From assembly GCA_977030845.1 (NCBI GenBank), contig OZ365113.1, forward strand, positions 37,014,001-37,078,000: a DNA stretch of 64,000 bases. The letters run 5' to 3'. The notes beneath the pieces were generated by a model, which did no database searches, was not told the DNA's origin, and saw only the letters and a list, made by a program, of their open reading frames with translations. Of this stretch, positions 38,325 through 52,569 are shown piece by piece. This DNA comes from Fimbriosthenelais zetlandica (taxonomy: Eukaryota). Position numbers and translations under genes: made by a program. Each line of letters opens with the position of its first letter. Positions within the stretch are counted from its first letter, which is position 1.

Positions 38325-39319
38325 GCACTTGATAAGTGTCAGTGACATTGACAAATCACATTTAGAAGCAGTTGCCCACTGACAACCATGTTCTGTTATA
38401 ATGCATTGTTGGCCTTACTTTTGAAAGGCTGTCACAACACTTTGGTAGTCCACTGACAACCAAAATTTGACAACATGGTTGTCAGCACCTTTTTGGGTAG
38501 TCCAGGGCGCCAATTTAGTAAGCCCTGCGTAATCAATGTTAAACTGAATACGGAAATTTCAAAATAAATTTCTATACACATCGAAATATTTCCCAATATT
38601 CCTCATATAAACTAACCACATGTAAAAGATACAAATTTACAAGCAGTGCCTAAGTGATACATTTTTAGTGATGCTCAATATATATACAGTAACTTAATAT
38701 GATAATTACTATAAAATAAAAGACATCTATACCCATTAAACAAGCCAGTTGTATACAGTGTAAAGCCTGCATCCTTCCACATCCCAAAACGTCGAGGAAC
38801 ATACTGGTTCCACAGATGGAGGCCTTCACAGATTAACCGCTCAATCAGCTAATAGCATGACCCATTAAACTTTATTGTTCCAGTCCAAAAATAGTTATAT
38901 AAACCTTTTTTATGGGATTCATAGGTTAAACAGGATGAGGATTTATGAAGTGGTCATACTTTGTCTGGTATTTATAGAGGATATTAATGGTTCATTTAAT
39001 GCTATTATTCACTATATAAATCAGACGACCATAGTATATATACCGTGTATCATGCCAACTCATCATCTCATCTCTCATTGAATAAGTGTGTTCACTGTCT
39101 GATCATATTTATAACACAATATAGCACTATCAGTAGATCAAATATTACAGACGGTTTTTATCCCAGAATCAGAACAGTCAATTTACGATGCAGATCAAGA
39201 AAAGATTTTTCTCAGAGTTGCCATTAGTGATAGAAAGCCTCCTGTTGTTTGATTGTATATTTAGCAATGGAACACAATGATCTACTCTTTTCAAAAGGTA
39301 GCAATGGTTCTTTCACAAG

Positions 39320-39645
39320 CCTCTCACCACAGACAGTGGTAGACATGGCTGGCCTTTACATGCCTCTCACCACAGACAGTGGGAGACATGGCTGGCCTTT
39401 TACATGCCTCTCACCACAGACAGTGGGAGACATGGCTGGCCTTTTACATGCCTCTCACCACAGACAGTGGGAGACATGGCTGGCCTTTTACATGCCTCTC
39501 ACCACAGACAGTGGGAGACATGGCTGGCCTTTTACATGCCTCTCACCACAGACAGTGGGAGACATGGCTGGTCTTTTACATGCCTCTCACCATAGACAGT
39601 GGGAGACATGACTGGCCTTTACATGCCTCTCACCACAGACAGTGG
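39320..39645. repeat. 43-44-bp minisatellite, about 7.4 copies, 85 bp from the GK exon donor
   Basis: Unit cctctcaccacagacagtgggagacatggctggccttttacatg. Confidence 0.95.
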
Positions 39646-39689
39646 TGGACCAACTGATTTACTGATGAAATCATTTGATGTTTCAACTA

Positions 39690-39875
<186 letters not shown>

Positions 39876-41837
39876 TTAGTCAAAGATTTCATATAAGATT
39901 TGAACTAGTTTCACGTTTCTCTCCATATTGTATACCAAATGCAATCAATGAAACCACAAAGAATCCTTTGACAGTTTGAATGTCAAGATTTGTTCAATAT
40001 TGTACATCTACTAGAGCAACAAGTCGTGGCCTATGGTAGTTTAGGCGCTTTTGAGCATAGCTTCACGTTTCAATCTGCAATGTACACCAAAAACATTCAA
40101 AGAACAAATAAGACAAAAATATGGGTTAGACAAAGATACCGTTTGGTATTGGCAATGTTTCACCTTTCAATCTGAAGTTTAAACCTAATAAATCAAAAGA
40201 TCATAAACGTGAGAATCGTCTCTTTCTTGCGCGTCAATTGGTCCCATGTTCCACTCCATCCACACATGCCCGCTACATCTGAATGCATCCAGCAATATTT
40301 CTAAAGCCATTCCTGTCTGATTTAATGCGGCAAAGCTGCAGCATGAAATTACCCCAGACAGCAACAATGAGTAGAGCTTAGCTGAGGTGCGGCAGACGAG
40401 TCGTTACAGTGACTGAGGAGTAGACAGGGAAAAGGTGACTACCATAGACGATACATCAAACCAAAGTCACCCCCCCCCCCCCCCCCCCCCCACCTGCCAC
40501 CCATGATAAGGATGAGTGAAGAGTTAGTTTTTTTAACAAAGCAAACAGACGAGCCGGGACAGGCTGCACGCAAGGTATCAGACTCCTGCAAAAGCCTGCC
40601 AATCGAATCAAAAGCCGGTTTGGCTTGTAGTGGGGAATATAATGAATTCATCGCATTTGGTCCGCAGCCAAAGTTACGTGGCGTCTAGGGAGCAGCGCTT
40701 TACAAGGATGAAATTCGGAGTCGGCTGGACTGGTGTTTAATTCTGAGATCACAACTGTTTTTGGTTTGAAGAAGAGAGAAAATTGTGAAAGAAAAGTAGT
40801 TTCAAATGTAAAACACCAGCCCCTAATTGGAGCAGTTTAAACTCGTTCCAGAAAAGATAGATGTCTCAAGATTATGGTCGGATTTTTAAAGGAATGATTC
40901 AGGGAAAAATTGTTCGAAAGAAGACATCAGAATGTGGGTAAGTCGAATCGAGTGAACATCCAAAGAAAACAGTTTCCAAACTATCAACTGCCATAAAAGG
41001 CAGGCATACACAGCATTTGACAGCACAAAGACAAGCTCAAAGACAAATCTCAATAGAAGTGATTGGTGTGGGAGGTGCAGCATTGGGTTAGAACCACTTT
41101 TCATCCTATATGATTTCCCGCTGACAAGGATATAGTCCTATTTGTGTAGGGAATGTGGGGCTAATTGAGTAAGAACCCATTACCACAAACACTTGCCCAC
41201 TCCCCCCAGGTCTCTCCACTAATTAACACTGCTCTCTGTTCTTCCCTTTACACTCTCGTCTTCAGACAGGAAAGACCGGAGCAACAAATTGGAAAGCAGA
41301 GCAGTTGCTTCTTTCCAGACAGCTCCACCAATCGAACCATCACCTTCCATCGACTCTCATGGCAACAGTGAATTCCAGGCTTTCAACTGCAAAAACAGCT
41401 CTTAATAGCTCAGAGCAGAGTGGTAAAAAATGCTCAGATATATAAAAATAAACCCATACACAATACACTGAACCATTGGTATACGCAAGAATAACAAGTT
41501 TCCCATACGAATACAAGTTCCTCCAAGGCAATACAATAGAAAGGAAACTAAATACAGATGATAGAATATTGTGATGAGACACAGAACATCTAATAGAATA
41601 TCAGGTGTATATAAACGGTCCACCACTGTACGTGTATCACATACTTATACAGTACATATATATTATGTACCAGCATTTCTCTGGGTAAAATGCCAACTGT
41701 TGGTGAACAAAAGGAAGGTATTGTCTGGTCTCAAACATATCTTGTGATGTGGGAGTGACGGGGCAAGGCGCGACCTTTTCACCATATACCCATGCCATTT
41801 GTCTACAGCTTTAAGATCAGGCCACCAGGGGGACTTA

Positions 41838-42048
41838 AGCCGGGACTCCACTGCTGCGATTTTGCTTGCGACACTACTGCGACAAAGGTGCTGCTTGTGA
41901 AGTTGTGTAGGAATAAAATTTATAAATTGTGGTTCAAGAGTCCAAGGCCTTAAGGCCGTCCTCCAATGGTAAATTTATCATTGAAATACAAGCATCACCT
42001 TTGTCGCAGACGTGTCGCAAACAAAATCGCAGCAGTGGAGTCCCGGCT
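41838..42048. mobile_element. MITE family A, best-preserved copy
   Basis: TTA|agccgggactccactgctgcgattttg ... caaaatcgcagcagtggagtcccggct|TTA. Confidence 0.92.
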
Positions 42049-43184
42049 TTACGGAGCACTTCCATGAAATGCCCCCCAACAAACGGAGTCTCAAACATCA
42101 TAGCTTCTCTGTGCTGGGCGAGCTTTTATATAGATGAGGGATAACAAGCCGGGTGTACATCTGTGTTACCAGCAAGGCAAGCGTCTATAAATGATGACAG
42201 AGAGACGCCACCGAGCCTGTCACCGAGCCTCTCACCGAGCCTCTCATCGGGTAGCATCCATAGCCTATAATGGGTATCTTTACTGCATTAATCCCGGGTT
42301 CATTTCCTTATCTCTGGGTATATGTATAACATTAGCATCTGGGAGAAAGGCCACAGTGAGTCTAAAGTAAAGGGTTAGCTCCACTGGGGTTCTTTCGCCT
42401 TGCGAGTGTTATTTTGATTTTGTGTTATTTTGTTGCGGCTAGTTTTTGTGGCTTACTTTTCGATGGCTTCAACTGCCATTTCTGCCATACCACTCACAAA
42501 TAGGACACAATGTAGGAGCTAGCCCCTGCTAGTGCAGTTACACTTGCGGTAAAGGGAGAAAATCCAGTGGAGCTACTCCATAAAGTGTCAAGAGTGAGGG
42601 AGCCACTGCTTAAAGGACCTTTCAATGAAGATGCAAGGAGATGCAAGGAAGCCATTGCGGCGCTTGTAATGGGTGGGCCATTCATCATTGGTGCTATAAC
42701 TCATTGCCATTATAATTACAGAAGCTCCATTAATTTCCTACTAAATCAACAAGACAACAATATGTGACAGCTCTGCTGGGACAGCACCAATCCCAATTAA
42801 CAACGGTTGATGGAATTATCACACTACCAAATCTTAAAGCTCATTTTTTAGGAGAGAAACAGTGCGGGGAAGGTGTGAAATTAAAGGAAGTGCTGGCAGG
42901 AGGAAGATAAATGGATGATTTATGTGCTACCAGTGAAGATGCGGCTACTAGAACTCCATGGATCACTATTAGCACCTTTCTAACCCAGCATCTAACTAAT
43001 GGGTGAGTGGTGGCGGCCGGGGCGTGAACACTTGTATGTCATTTAGCCGGGAAACGTGCTCCTCACCTGTGAATGGGCAGAGAGCTGGTCAGACCCCAGA
43101 AAACCAATCTCTACTTCATGGACTTAATAGATGAACTGGTGTAGGAATTACCCTCGCTAGCAAATGCTCAGCTATTGGTGTTAA

Positions 43185-43330
43185 AACAGGGCGTCCACTA
43201 TCACGATAGATCACTCCGATAGTCGTAACGATAGACCACTACGATAGCTGTTACGATAGCCCACTACGATAGCTGTTACGATAGCCCACTACGATAGCTG
43301 TTATGATAGCTTTTCCCATAGAGAAAACAC
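43185..43330. mobile_element. MITE family B left arm with an internal 25-bp tandem expansion
   Basis: TAA|aacagggcgtccactatcacgatag followed by about 4 copies of acgatagcccactacgatagctgtt; right arm not found. Confidence 0.55.
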
Positions 43331-43849
43331 CTTCAAAATTGACCAAAGATATCAAGTATGCTTAATTTTGTGGTATGTTCAGCAAGGAGTTCCAGGGCTG
43401 ATTTCACATGCATGGAATATGATGATAGTCATTGCCATATTCATCTTTATAAACACGGTAGTAAATCAGGTATATCTTGAAAGTCTGGTAACAAGAGGTA
43501 AGTTCAGAAACATGATGATGAAGTGCCTTGAAGATGGAATGAAACTCACTGGATGAGCATAAAGATTCTCACATAAACTTAGCTCACTACATTAGTTTGG
43601 TGAAGGGAAGTGAAAAACAGGGATAGTCTTCCATCGATCAGCTTCTGTGAAGGACAAATTGTCAATAAAACAGATTGTTTCTGCTTCAGATACAATACTA
43701 TTATGAATGGAATCTGAAGAAAAAAAGTTTATTCAGTCTCAATACATGACCTGGGTGCTACACATTGCTATTCCACAACAGCGTGTCTTATCAAGGGCTA
43801 GGAGAGCAGAGGGCAGTACATGTAGAACTCAATATGAAGGCCCAGTAAA

Positions 43850-45600
43850 CACATCGGCTTTAATTTCGCCAGTGCTCGAACCTTCCCCCATCAAAAACTG
43901 GACGTGAAACCGCTGTGAGCCTCCCCGAGCATCAATGCGATCAAAGACGGTGGAAAAATTCTACAAGATTATTTTATCTCCCAGCCTCTTGAGGTGAGTT
44001 CTTTTCAACGAGGAATGGATTTCTGGAAGGCAAAAATGATGAGCTGGCTTTTTCATCTTCAGGACCAGCGTTGAAGGGAGAGAGTGTGTGAGTTCCAATA
44101 TTTGTCAGCATCCAACGTCATTATTATATAGATTTCACCATTTTTCCTGCTGATAATGCTGCAGGTCTCAATTGAAGTTTTCGCCTGGGACTGCAATGGG
44201 ATTTAACTTGTCTATAGAAGGCAGATACCGAACATTGCATTTCAAAGAAAAACATTAGCCAATGTGTTGAATCCTGGCTTTTGCAGGAAGTAAGTTATGG
44301 TAATTGTGTTTTGCTGTGCCAGATGTCGAAGAAGGTCATCAAGGACATACCAAAAGAGAAGTCCTCCTTATGGGCACAAGTTACGGAACACAATGGCCAA
44401 CAACAGAACTATTAAAGCTAAAGGCCAGGCCATTTGACCTGGCATTCATAGAACTCAGAGAAAGGGCTCAGATGTTGCCCTGAAGAATGAAAGACATAAA
44501 AAGTGGTACACTATAATGGATGTATGTATACAGGGAGAGTGGGAGCGTCACCCCGAACCTCCAGCAAGCTTTGCCACTTTTTATAATGGCAATCTTAGTC
44601 AGCAAATTGATTCCAGGAGCTGTTGATCAGGCTTTCGCATACAATCTGATTTTCCTTGCTCACGTAATGCTGTGAGGCATGCAAAGACCATCTAAAACAG
44701 GCATCTGCTCACTTACTATTCTGTGTATACTGATACAGACCTACGCCCCCGACATCTCCCAAATGAACGGCAACATATTCATCAGATCTAGGCTACACGA
44801 TCAGATATCGGTAGACTGCCTTGGATAATTAATTAAGGGGCCCTCAAAAAGCGTGATATCAGTTATTGAATGCCCCTGAAGATTCGAAATATATATCCAC
44901 TTCCATCTGTGGAAAGGGAAATATAGAGATTTAATTATCTTCCTCTGGCCATTTTATCATCAATGTGTGAATGTATATTCTATCTGTGGCAGCACCTGGT
45001 AGAATGTAGTACAATCTCCTACATCATATCCTCACCCAGCAGGCACGGGTAGTGCTTGTACCATTTATATTTCACAGGGGACCATATACATCTGTGTTGC
45101 TTGTCCATCAGAAGTAATCCCTCTCCTCACCAATATGCCAGACAGTGTACAAGCCAGCCCCAGTGTCAACTGAGTTAGCCTCGCCTACCTCCCAATAAGC
45201 CCCACACTTGGCATACCTCTCCCTAGGTCAATAATGCCCTATTATTCAAGGTCCCACGCTGGTTCCAAATATAGAAAGTATGTAGATTGAACATCAATGT
45301 CTTGTCTCTGTACCAGCTTGGAGTCACTTTGGTGATCTCCACCAGCTATCAAACGGCAATTAATATGACTGGGGCTTTTGGACGGCAGGAGCTCAGGGGA
45401 TTTGGCGACGGCTCGGTTAACGCTAGAAGAAAACAAGCGTCAATGGAGCTGACTAGGTAAGCAATGGGGCACAAATCACATGCTAAGATGGTCCTAGAAC
45501 GGCTGAGGGCAGGCTCAGGGAGAACCTTCATCTTCACCAAATAGACATGGCTACTGGCAAGGCTAGAAGCACTCAACTCAACTCAATACTGCTCAATACC
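43850..45600 (-). mobile_element. Heavily decayed tyrosine-recombinase retrotransposon remnant (Ngaro/DIRS-like)
   Basis: By-eye motif echoes in RT-RNaseH-YR order across broken frames: SSIDAC..PKAPVILIAV, YRDKTLMFNL..YIWNQ (cf. YYDK.LPFGL..P.IFN), HYVSKENQIVCESL (cf. HIPG..N.IADSLS), VKSHCSPRRKLQL. Boundaries approximate. Confidence 0.4.
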
Positions 45601-47314
45601 CGGCAGGTAACCTATTAATTCATGCACAGAAAAGCTACAAAATCATCTTTTTTTGGTTGACATGGAGGAAGCACTTCCAGGCAAACTCGTAAAACTAGAA
45701 TGTATCATCCCCTGGAAGTCATATCCATTTTGTCACACATACTTCCATGGCTCATCGTATAAATCTTTTATTCTGCCATACTTGTATTCCATGGAGACGA
45801 GAAATGATAAAATACATTTTATGTGGCAACCAGATTGCAGGGGAAAATTATATGGGGAATATTGGTGTGGGTAATACGACATAAAACAGTTTTGTCCTTT
45901 CTGTGGCTGGCCCTGCCTCTAACACAGTGAATTGCTGGAGCAGATCCAGGCAGACTAACGAGTGAAATCTGTGAGGCGAGGAAGCAGTGGAGCTGCAAGC
46001 AGGTCCTCCTTGGAATTTATGGCTGCAATATGGCCAGAGTTTAAAGGCTTCAAATATGACGCTGAGACTAAGGAAGATATGGTTTACGTTGTAGATGTAA
46101 CAGACAATGATATGGTTGTCTCTGAGGAACATAACATAGTTAATTCATACAAAAAAGGTGTAGCTCTTATGTAAAGAGAGGATATGAGGAGATGTGGCTT
46201 AGATAAAACAACCTGGTTCAACAAATACTGTAGTCGGTGTGGTTGGAATCATAAATATTCTCATGGGGATCTTTACCAATATTTCCTCTTCTTATTTACG
46301 ACTGATTCCGCAGTTGATAACAAGAAGCTGTTGTTATCGGACAAAGCATGTTCGGGCAATGCACCGAGGATGCAGTAATCAGATTTACAGATATGACATA
46401 CATATGTATAACATTTTATCATATTATCATGTTGGAAAATCGGTCCATGGATATGATGGTATTCTATATTCAATATGGCCTCAATCCATCTGAAGCTGTG
46501 AGGTTGTTGAGTTATAATAAGTCCCGTCAAGCATTGTTTCAATGTTTTCATGTCAATAATCGATTCAATGTTGGATGTAGTCAGTATTATGTAAATGCCT
46601 TGACAGGGAGAGATCAGATACTGAATCTGGAGCCTGAATCTGGGACCCGTGCCTGTGAGCTTACACTGCAGGAGGGAACTCAATTAGCGATGTGGCGCCA
46701 CAATCCGCACCAGATCACGTAGGCTCCAGGCCAACCGTCAGACTTGAATCGGAATTCGCAATACAGGCCTTTGTAGCGATAGGAATAAGACAATTAACAA
46801 TCAAATAATAGATCTTATTGACCCAGAAACTAAAATGATTCAGGAATATGCAGTGTTTGATAACTACATCTTCGTTATAGTTGGTTTTTAAAAAAATGGG
46901 TTCTGAGGAGAAAATGAGATCCGAGTTTCAATTAGAGTTGAATGTAACACCAGGTTGGATCAGAATAAACGGTAATTGATGGCAGTAATTGCAGTTTTAT
47001 CGCACTATCAGGGCATCCATTACAAAAAAAATACCAGCCCCGGGAACATAATTCAAAATTAATACTACCACAAGCCCCCGATTACCGATGGCATAGCCAG
47101 CTCACAATGATTGATCTAAACCCAGTGTTTTTTGCTCCGGGGAAGGTGGGTGGGGGGGGGGGGGGGGGGGGAGGGGAACCTTGTCAAGCAGGACACTGGA
47201 CTGCCAGTCATTCCACAATGCTCTCACCAACAATAAGTAATCAGGAACAGTTAGTAACCTAGGATACAGCACCATGGAGATGACCTCTTCTCAGTTTTGT
47301 GACCTCTCAAGTAA

Positions 47315-47545
47315 TAGCCTGAACCCACTGAGCTACGATCTCCCTACGATCTGCCTGAACATGCTCAAAATAAGATGTAGAGTTTTCTGATACATGAAGA
47401 AAAACACAAAGCAAACAAGAACATGATCGTAGGTTAATTCCACATACTTTTTCATTAGTTTCATTCAACATTCTGTAAAACATTTTGTTGTAATTGGATC
47501 GTAAATCAGATAGTAGGGAGATCGTAGCTCAGTGGGTTCAGGCTA
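47315..47545. mobile_element. MITE family D, perfect 33-bp TIRs, TAA TSD
   Basis: TAA|tagcctgaacccactgagctacgatctccctac ... gtagggagatcgtagctcagtgggttcaggcta|TAA. Confidence 0.85.
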
Positions 47546-50500
47546 TAATGCTGAACAATCAGTAACCTGGGATACGGCACCATGGAGATGACCTCTTGGG
47601 AGTTTCCTGAACTCTCAAAGTAATACCTGGCTATCCATCAGCCGCTCGCAGGGTCACACCCAAGGCAAGAAAGCAATGAGGCAAAAATGATGCACATTTT
47701 AGGTGCAATATGGCAAGATGAGAAGGGTCATTGATGTGATGTATGGAACGCCATCAATTGAGGGAGGTAGCCGTTCACGAGGCTCCAATGTCAGCCATTT
47801 ACCATATTAGGTTGGGGGAGCTCCAGCCAATGACACCCACACATCAAGGTAATGGATAGATCAGGCCCTCCCTGTCCCTGGGTGCACTGGAGATCCAGTT
47901 CCAGGTAAAGGTTCAGGGCTTATAGGCACTAGTTATAGATTATGTCCACATTGCCCGTGGAGACTTCGTTTGTATGACCTGTAAACTTCTTGTAACTTTC
48001 CACACAATTTGGGAAGTAAAAATGTGGTTTATGACACACACTAAACTATATTTAAGGTGTCCCCCCACCAATAACAACAGCTCCCGATAGGTAGCCGATA
48101 AAAAGCTCTCCATAGAGGCCGATGGGAACCGATAATAAGGAATTTCTTGTCCTAACTGCCTTCGGGAAGCCTATCGGCTTAAGTGACATGGTAGAAAGCA
48201 GTGGACAGATCAAGATGTCTATGGCATTAAATGTGTCTTTAGAGAGCTAGATTTTCATTTCAGAAATGCATGGCATAGAACAAGGTGCAGAACAGAAGTA
48301 TTTTAGGAAGAACTGGTCCCTAGAGGAGCAGGCGGGGATACTGTAACATCTGACGATATTGTGTTCTGTTTTGAAAACAACATTACATGGAAGAAGAAGA
48401 AATGATATATGTTTAAAGCCTCGTTTAAGTGGAGTCCTGTCTGGAGAAGCAATGACTTGTTTCTCTCACTTTTTCTGTCTGTGATGCCGGGATCTGATGG
48501 ATTGGTGGCCGATGGGACTTTGCCAGTTGACTGGATAGATCATGAAGAACAGGGACAAATCCATAGCTCGGTCTTAGCACGCTCTCTTATTTTTAGAAGC
48601 ATCTAAGCGATATATTAAAGAGACATTGCTGGGACAAATCCAATAGACGTCTTTAGGACATTCTCTACAAGTCAATGTTTCAGATTGACAGACATTCATG
48701 GCGTATTAGCATCTTTAATTCAAGAGACATGTGGATGGGAAGTTGGTGTGTCAGAATAGATACTTCATCATCCACGATAAATGTACTGATTAGCTCTGTT
48801 TGACCAAATCTTCGTCAAAAACATGCCAAATCCAAACTGGCAACTTTAAAACTATAATGGCGTTTTCCAGCCAGCGAGACGGATGCTTTATTTGTCTGGG
48901 TTTAACAGACAGCAAGTTATGGACGGCCTGGTGTTTGGGTTGGAGCTCCGCCAGCCTATTTGCCACTGTCATTTGGGATTTTGGCACAACAAGTCCGAGA
49001 TAAAAAAAAATTCCCAATCATTTATTTAAAAGGGACGTGAGGTAGGAGAGTCTAACAATAGATGTAAGGCCATTAAACCTGCCTAACCCCCGTGTGACGA
49101 GAGGCTTCTTCTCTCGCTGTTTTTCACCAGTTGATGTAAAAGTTGTATAGCTTTGGTGAAGATCTTCTGGGATATTCCCACAGGAATAGCTACTACTGAC
49201 TAATCAATAGGGGCTTAAACTTAAATGTTTGACCTAGAACTCACACTATAGTGTAGGATAGTATTTAGACAAACAGAGGGAATAGGATAAAACATGCATA
49301 GGCCTATATATGTATAAGAAATAAAAAGAACTCGGTTTACTGCTTCGCTCTGCATCATTATCTATTGTGTGAATAAAAGGCAAAAACTCAGCGATACAGA
49401 AAGAGGATTCTTCGCGAGGCTACATCTTTGATAGCATCTTAGAGTTTACTTTAGTGCTTCTGACACTAATTAGGTAGGACATATCTAATATAAAGAAAAT
49501 GAAAATATAGTTCCGTACCGAACAAAAGATGCGATTACATCCATTGAATTCATATAAGATGTCAATTAGACTAGAGGGGCATCCTCCCTCCCTCATCCTT
49601 CTAAAATGAAATTCACATCATGTTGCTTATAACAGTAATAATATTAAGTAGTATATGGAAAGAGTGGACTTTTTGCTTTCTGCCAGAACCATGTATTGTA
49701 GTTTTCCCTTCTATACTGGTAGCCTACTGGTACATTACAAATTCTGCTATCGGGGAAGGTATTCTGGGAGTCGAGGAAAATATTCTAGTAAAACCATGTG
49801 AGGAATTCAATGTATTAACTTAAATGCAATAAATTCGATTTCAAATAAGGAAACAAGATGGCCGGGGATATAAGGAAGGGCGAGAGGCACAACTAATCTA
49901 ATGAACCTATTTCATTAAACGGAAGAGCAAACTTCTATGGCTCATGTAAGACTTCAAAGTGGAAAAGATGAGAATGCACTCATATCAAAGCGTAACTTCC
50001 TCCTGCACCATGCTATGATATACCAGTGGACTAGATCCTATGTAGATTTCAATAGCCTCTCAAGTCTTGGGAGACTGGCAGAGATGGATGGAGCATGAAT
50101 TAGATGTTTTCGCAGCTAAAATGGCGGATCTATCATTTGAGAGAGAGGGTGGCAGGCTTTCAGGTCTGGCGAGTCACGCGATAGTTTCCCGGCCGCCTCA
50201 TACCACCGTCTGATGGATCACACTTGTGGAGCCATCCCAGGTCCAGGTCAGTCCACCCGGACGCCCACCCAGATCCTTCCCCGCCCCAAAAAATCTATCA
50301 CAAAGTGCAGGTCCATCACTATGGGTCACTCAACAGTGATTCTAGCTAGTCAGAAGTCTGGAACACACTAATCAGATTCTCCTATCCGTCGCCATCCGAT
50401 ACCTTATTTCCGATGAAGTGGTGAGCCTTACCTAGGTGAAAAGGACTTAAAATCACAAGCATTTGGTGTGAATAAGAAATATAGTTTCGTAGCCTAATAG

Positions 50501-51998
50501 GGAATAGAGAATCAGATTTGTGTGTTCCAGGCTTGAGTCTGACCACATAGAAAAAGATGTACTCATAGCATCATGCGTGGGAATTTAAACAAAATATTTT
50601 TCTAACGTGGCAGTCTGCTATTGTGGGATTTAAGTGTACTGGCAGATCCTCAATACCAAGGCATTGATCTCGGTAATACTAGAGTCTATAGTATAGAGGA
50701 GTTCACGCGGCCAGGGAATAGCAGTTGGTAGGTCCAACAGTCATATTTATAATGTTTCAACTCAACAGCCCAAACTGATGGTTGTATTTTCCCTACTCGC
50801 GGCCAAACCTCTACCGGTTCCATTTTTTATCAAACCATCTCCCTTGAGTATAATTGTAGGAGTTAACATCGCTTGACTGTGACAATGGAATCGTTAAGCC
50901 AAGAGACACAATACATGAGGATTTGGTGGTGTGTAGGCCTTGGTCTCATTAAATGTATTCAAGTAATCTGCCCCTCCATTCATATAGCATGCAGCCCGGG
51001 CCTCTATCCATAGACCCTGGATGGATTCCTTTGAAGCACAAGTTACACTTATCCAAGTCTGTTTGAGTCTTGGTCAACTACTGAATAAAGGATAAAGCAG
51101 TGAGAATACTCAGCTATGATTCCCCAGACATACAGGAACATGAGATGTCAAAGAGGATCAAGATGTAGACAATGGAAATATACAAATCCCTGAAGTTGTG
51201 ATTCTCCTGAGCTCAGGGGATTGAAGCACGAAGGTTAAAGATCAAGAGTCAGGTATAATGATAGATTCCCTTTAAAGCAGAAGACTTCACTTTTACAGAT
51301 GGGGCAATTACAGTGTCATACAGAATGCAAAACCCTTTTAAAAACCTGGCAAGGTCTGGCTATGACAGACCATAGAGTAGACTGCCAGGAGATATAGTGA
51401 AACTTTCATATACAGAGCAATGATCTATGAGGGAGCAGATTCCATGATACATCCTGGTAATAAGGATCATAAACAGACACTAGGAAGGTTCTGGCTACAG
51501 ATCCAAGCTGAAAGCCTCCAGAAGGTGGCCAACTGCTTCCTCTAGTGGCTTCTCAATATGGACCAGCTAATTAGGCACTAGGGAAGTCAGAGAGCGTGCC
51601 CAGGTATCATAAATATACCACTATACCCGGCTACAGTCAGAGTAATCTATAATAGCAAGGCAGCTGATAAGAGTCCAGGCTTTTTTTGGTTGCTGTGATA
51701 TAGAACAAAGGTTGGTTATAAGTCAGTGCATGATCAAACACTTCACTCACCTGGCTCCACGGATACTACAAGGAAATCCTACACGGCTCCAGGAAAATAA
51801 TGGAAAGATTTAACATGCCGAACTACAATCAATTACCGCTGGATTTCTTCATGTTTACCAGTGATGAATTAAAGATTAAGTTTGTTCCATTGTTTGTCTG
51901 TTGTGCAACATCCAGTTCGCAATTGCTCAGCTTAGGACGCGAGGAAATACGCTGTTGGTACACAATGCGTTCTTCTGTAACTACAGCAATGGTTCTTA

Positions 51999-52106
51999 TA
52001 CATGTCTCTCACCACAGAAAGTGGGAGACATGGCTGTCTTTGCTATCCCAGTTAGCAGTGCTAGGTGAAGGGCAATGGCAAATTTGGAGAATGGTTGGGG
52101 AACTGA
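51999..52106 (-). mobile_element. Fragment of a dispersed SINE-like repeat
   Basis: tacatgtctctcaccacagaaagtgggagacatggctg..tcccagttagcag..ggcaatggcaaatttggagaatg.ttggggaa. Overlapping parts recur at 59755-59845 and 63006-63087. Confidence 0.65.
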
Positions 52107-52569
52107 CATATCCCAACTACTTTTAAGGATTCTACCAGCTGAGCCACGAGCCTGCCTCTAAAGATTAAGTTGCTGTTCTTGTGTTGTTTCTTCATGACAT
52201 TGTAACAATGATTGTGACTGGTGTGAGAAAGCAGCTTACATGTGTAACATCTTACCGGATATCCACGTCTTTGATGAATTCAATAGCAATAGCTCGTGAA
52301 TGGACACAGTGAGGATAAACCATTCAGTGACAAACATAAAGGACATGAAATCAATCTCTTTCTGACACTTTGCTATATTTTGTTTCTCAAGAGTACTTTC
52401 TTCAAGAGAATTGAGAAGGGATTGAAAGCTTTTCAGATGATCCTCTTCATGTCCATGTGAAATATGTCGCCCACACTCCGCGGATTAGACCCGGAAATGA
52501 GAGGCAGACAGAATCAGTCAATAGTACGACAGAACCATTTACACCAACACGTGCTGGAGTTAAGCATTA

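Noticed and set aside
39249-39657. Overlapping repetitive ORFs
   Set aside because: They are translations of the 44-bp tandem array in several frames.
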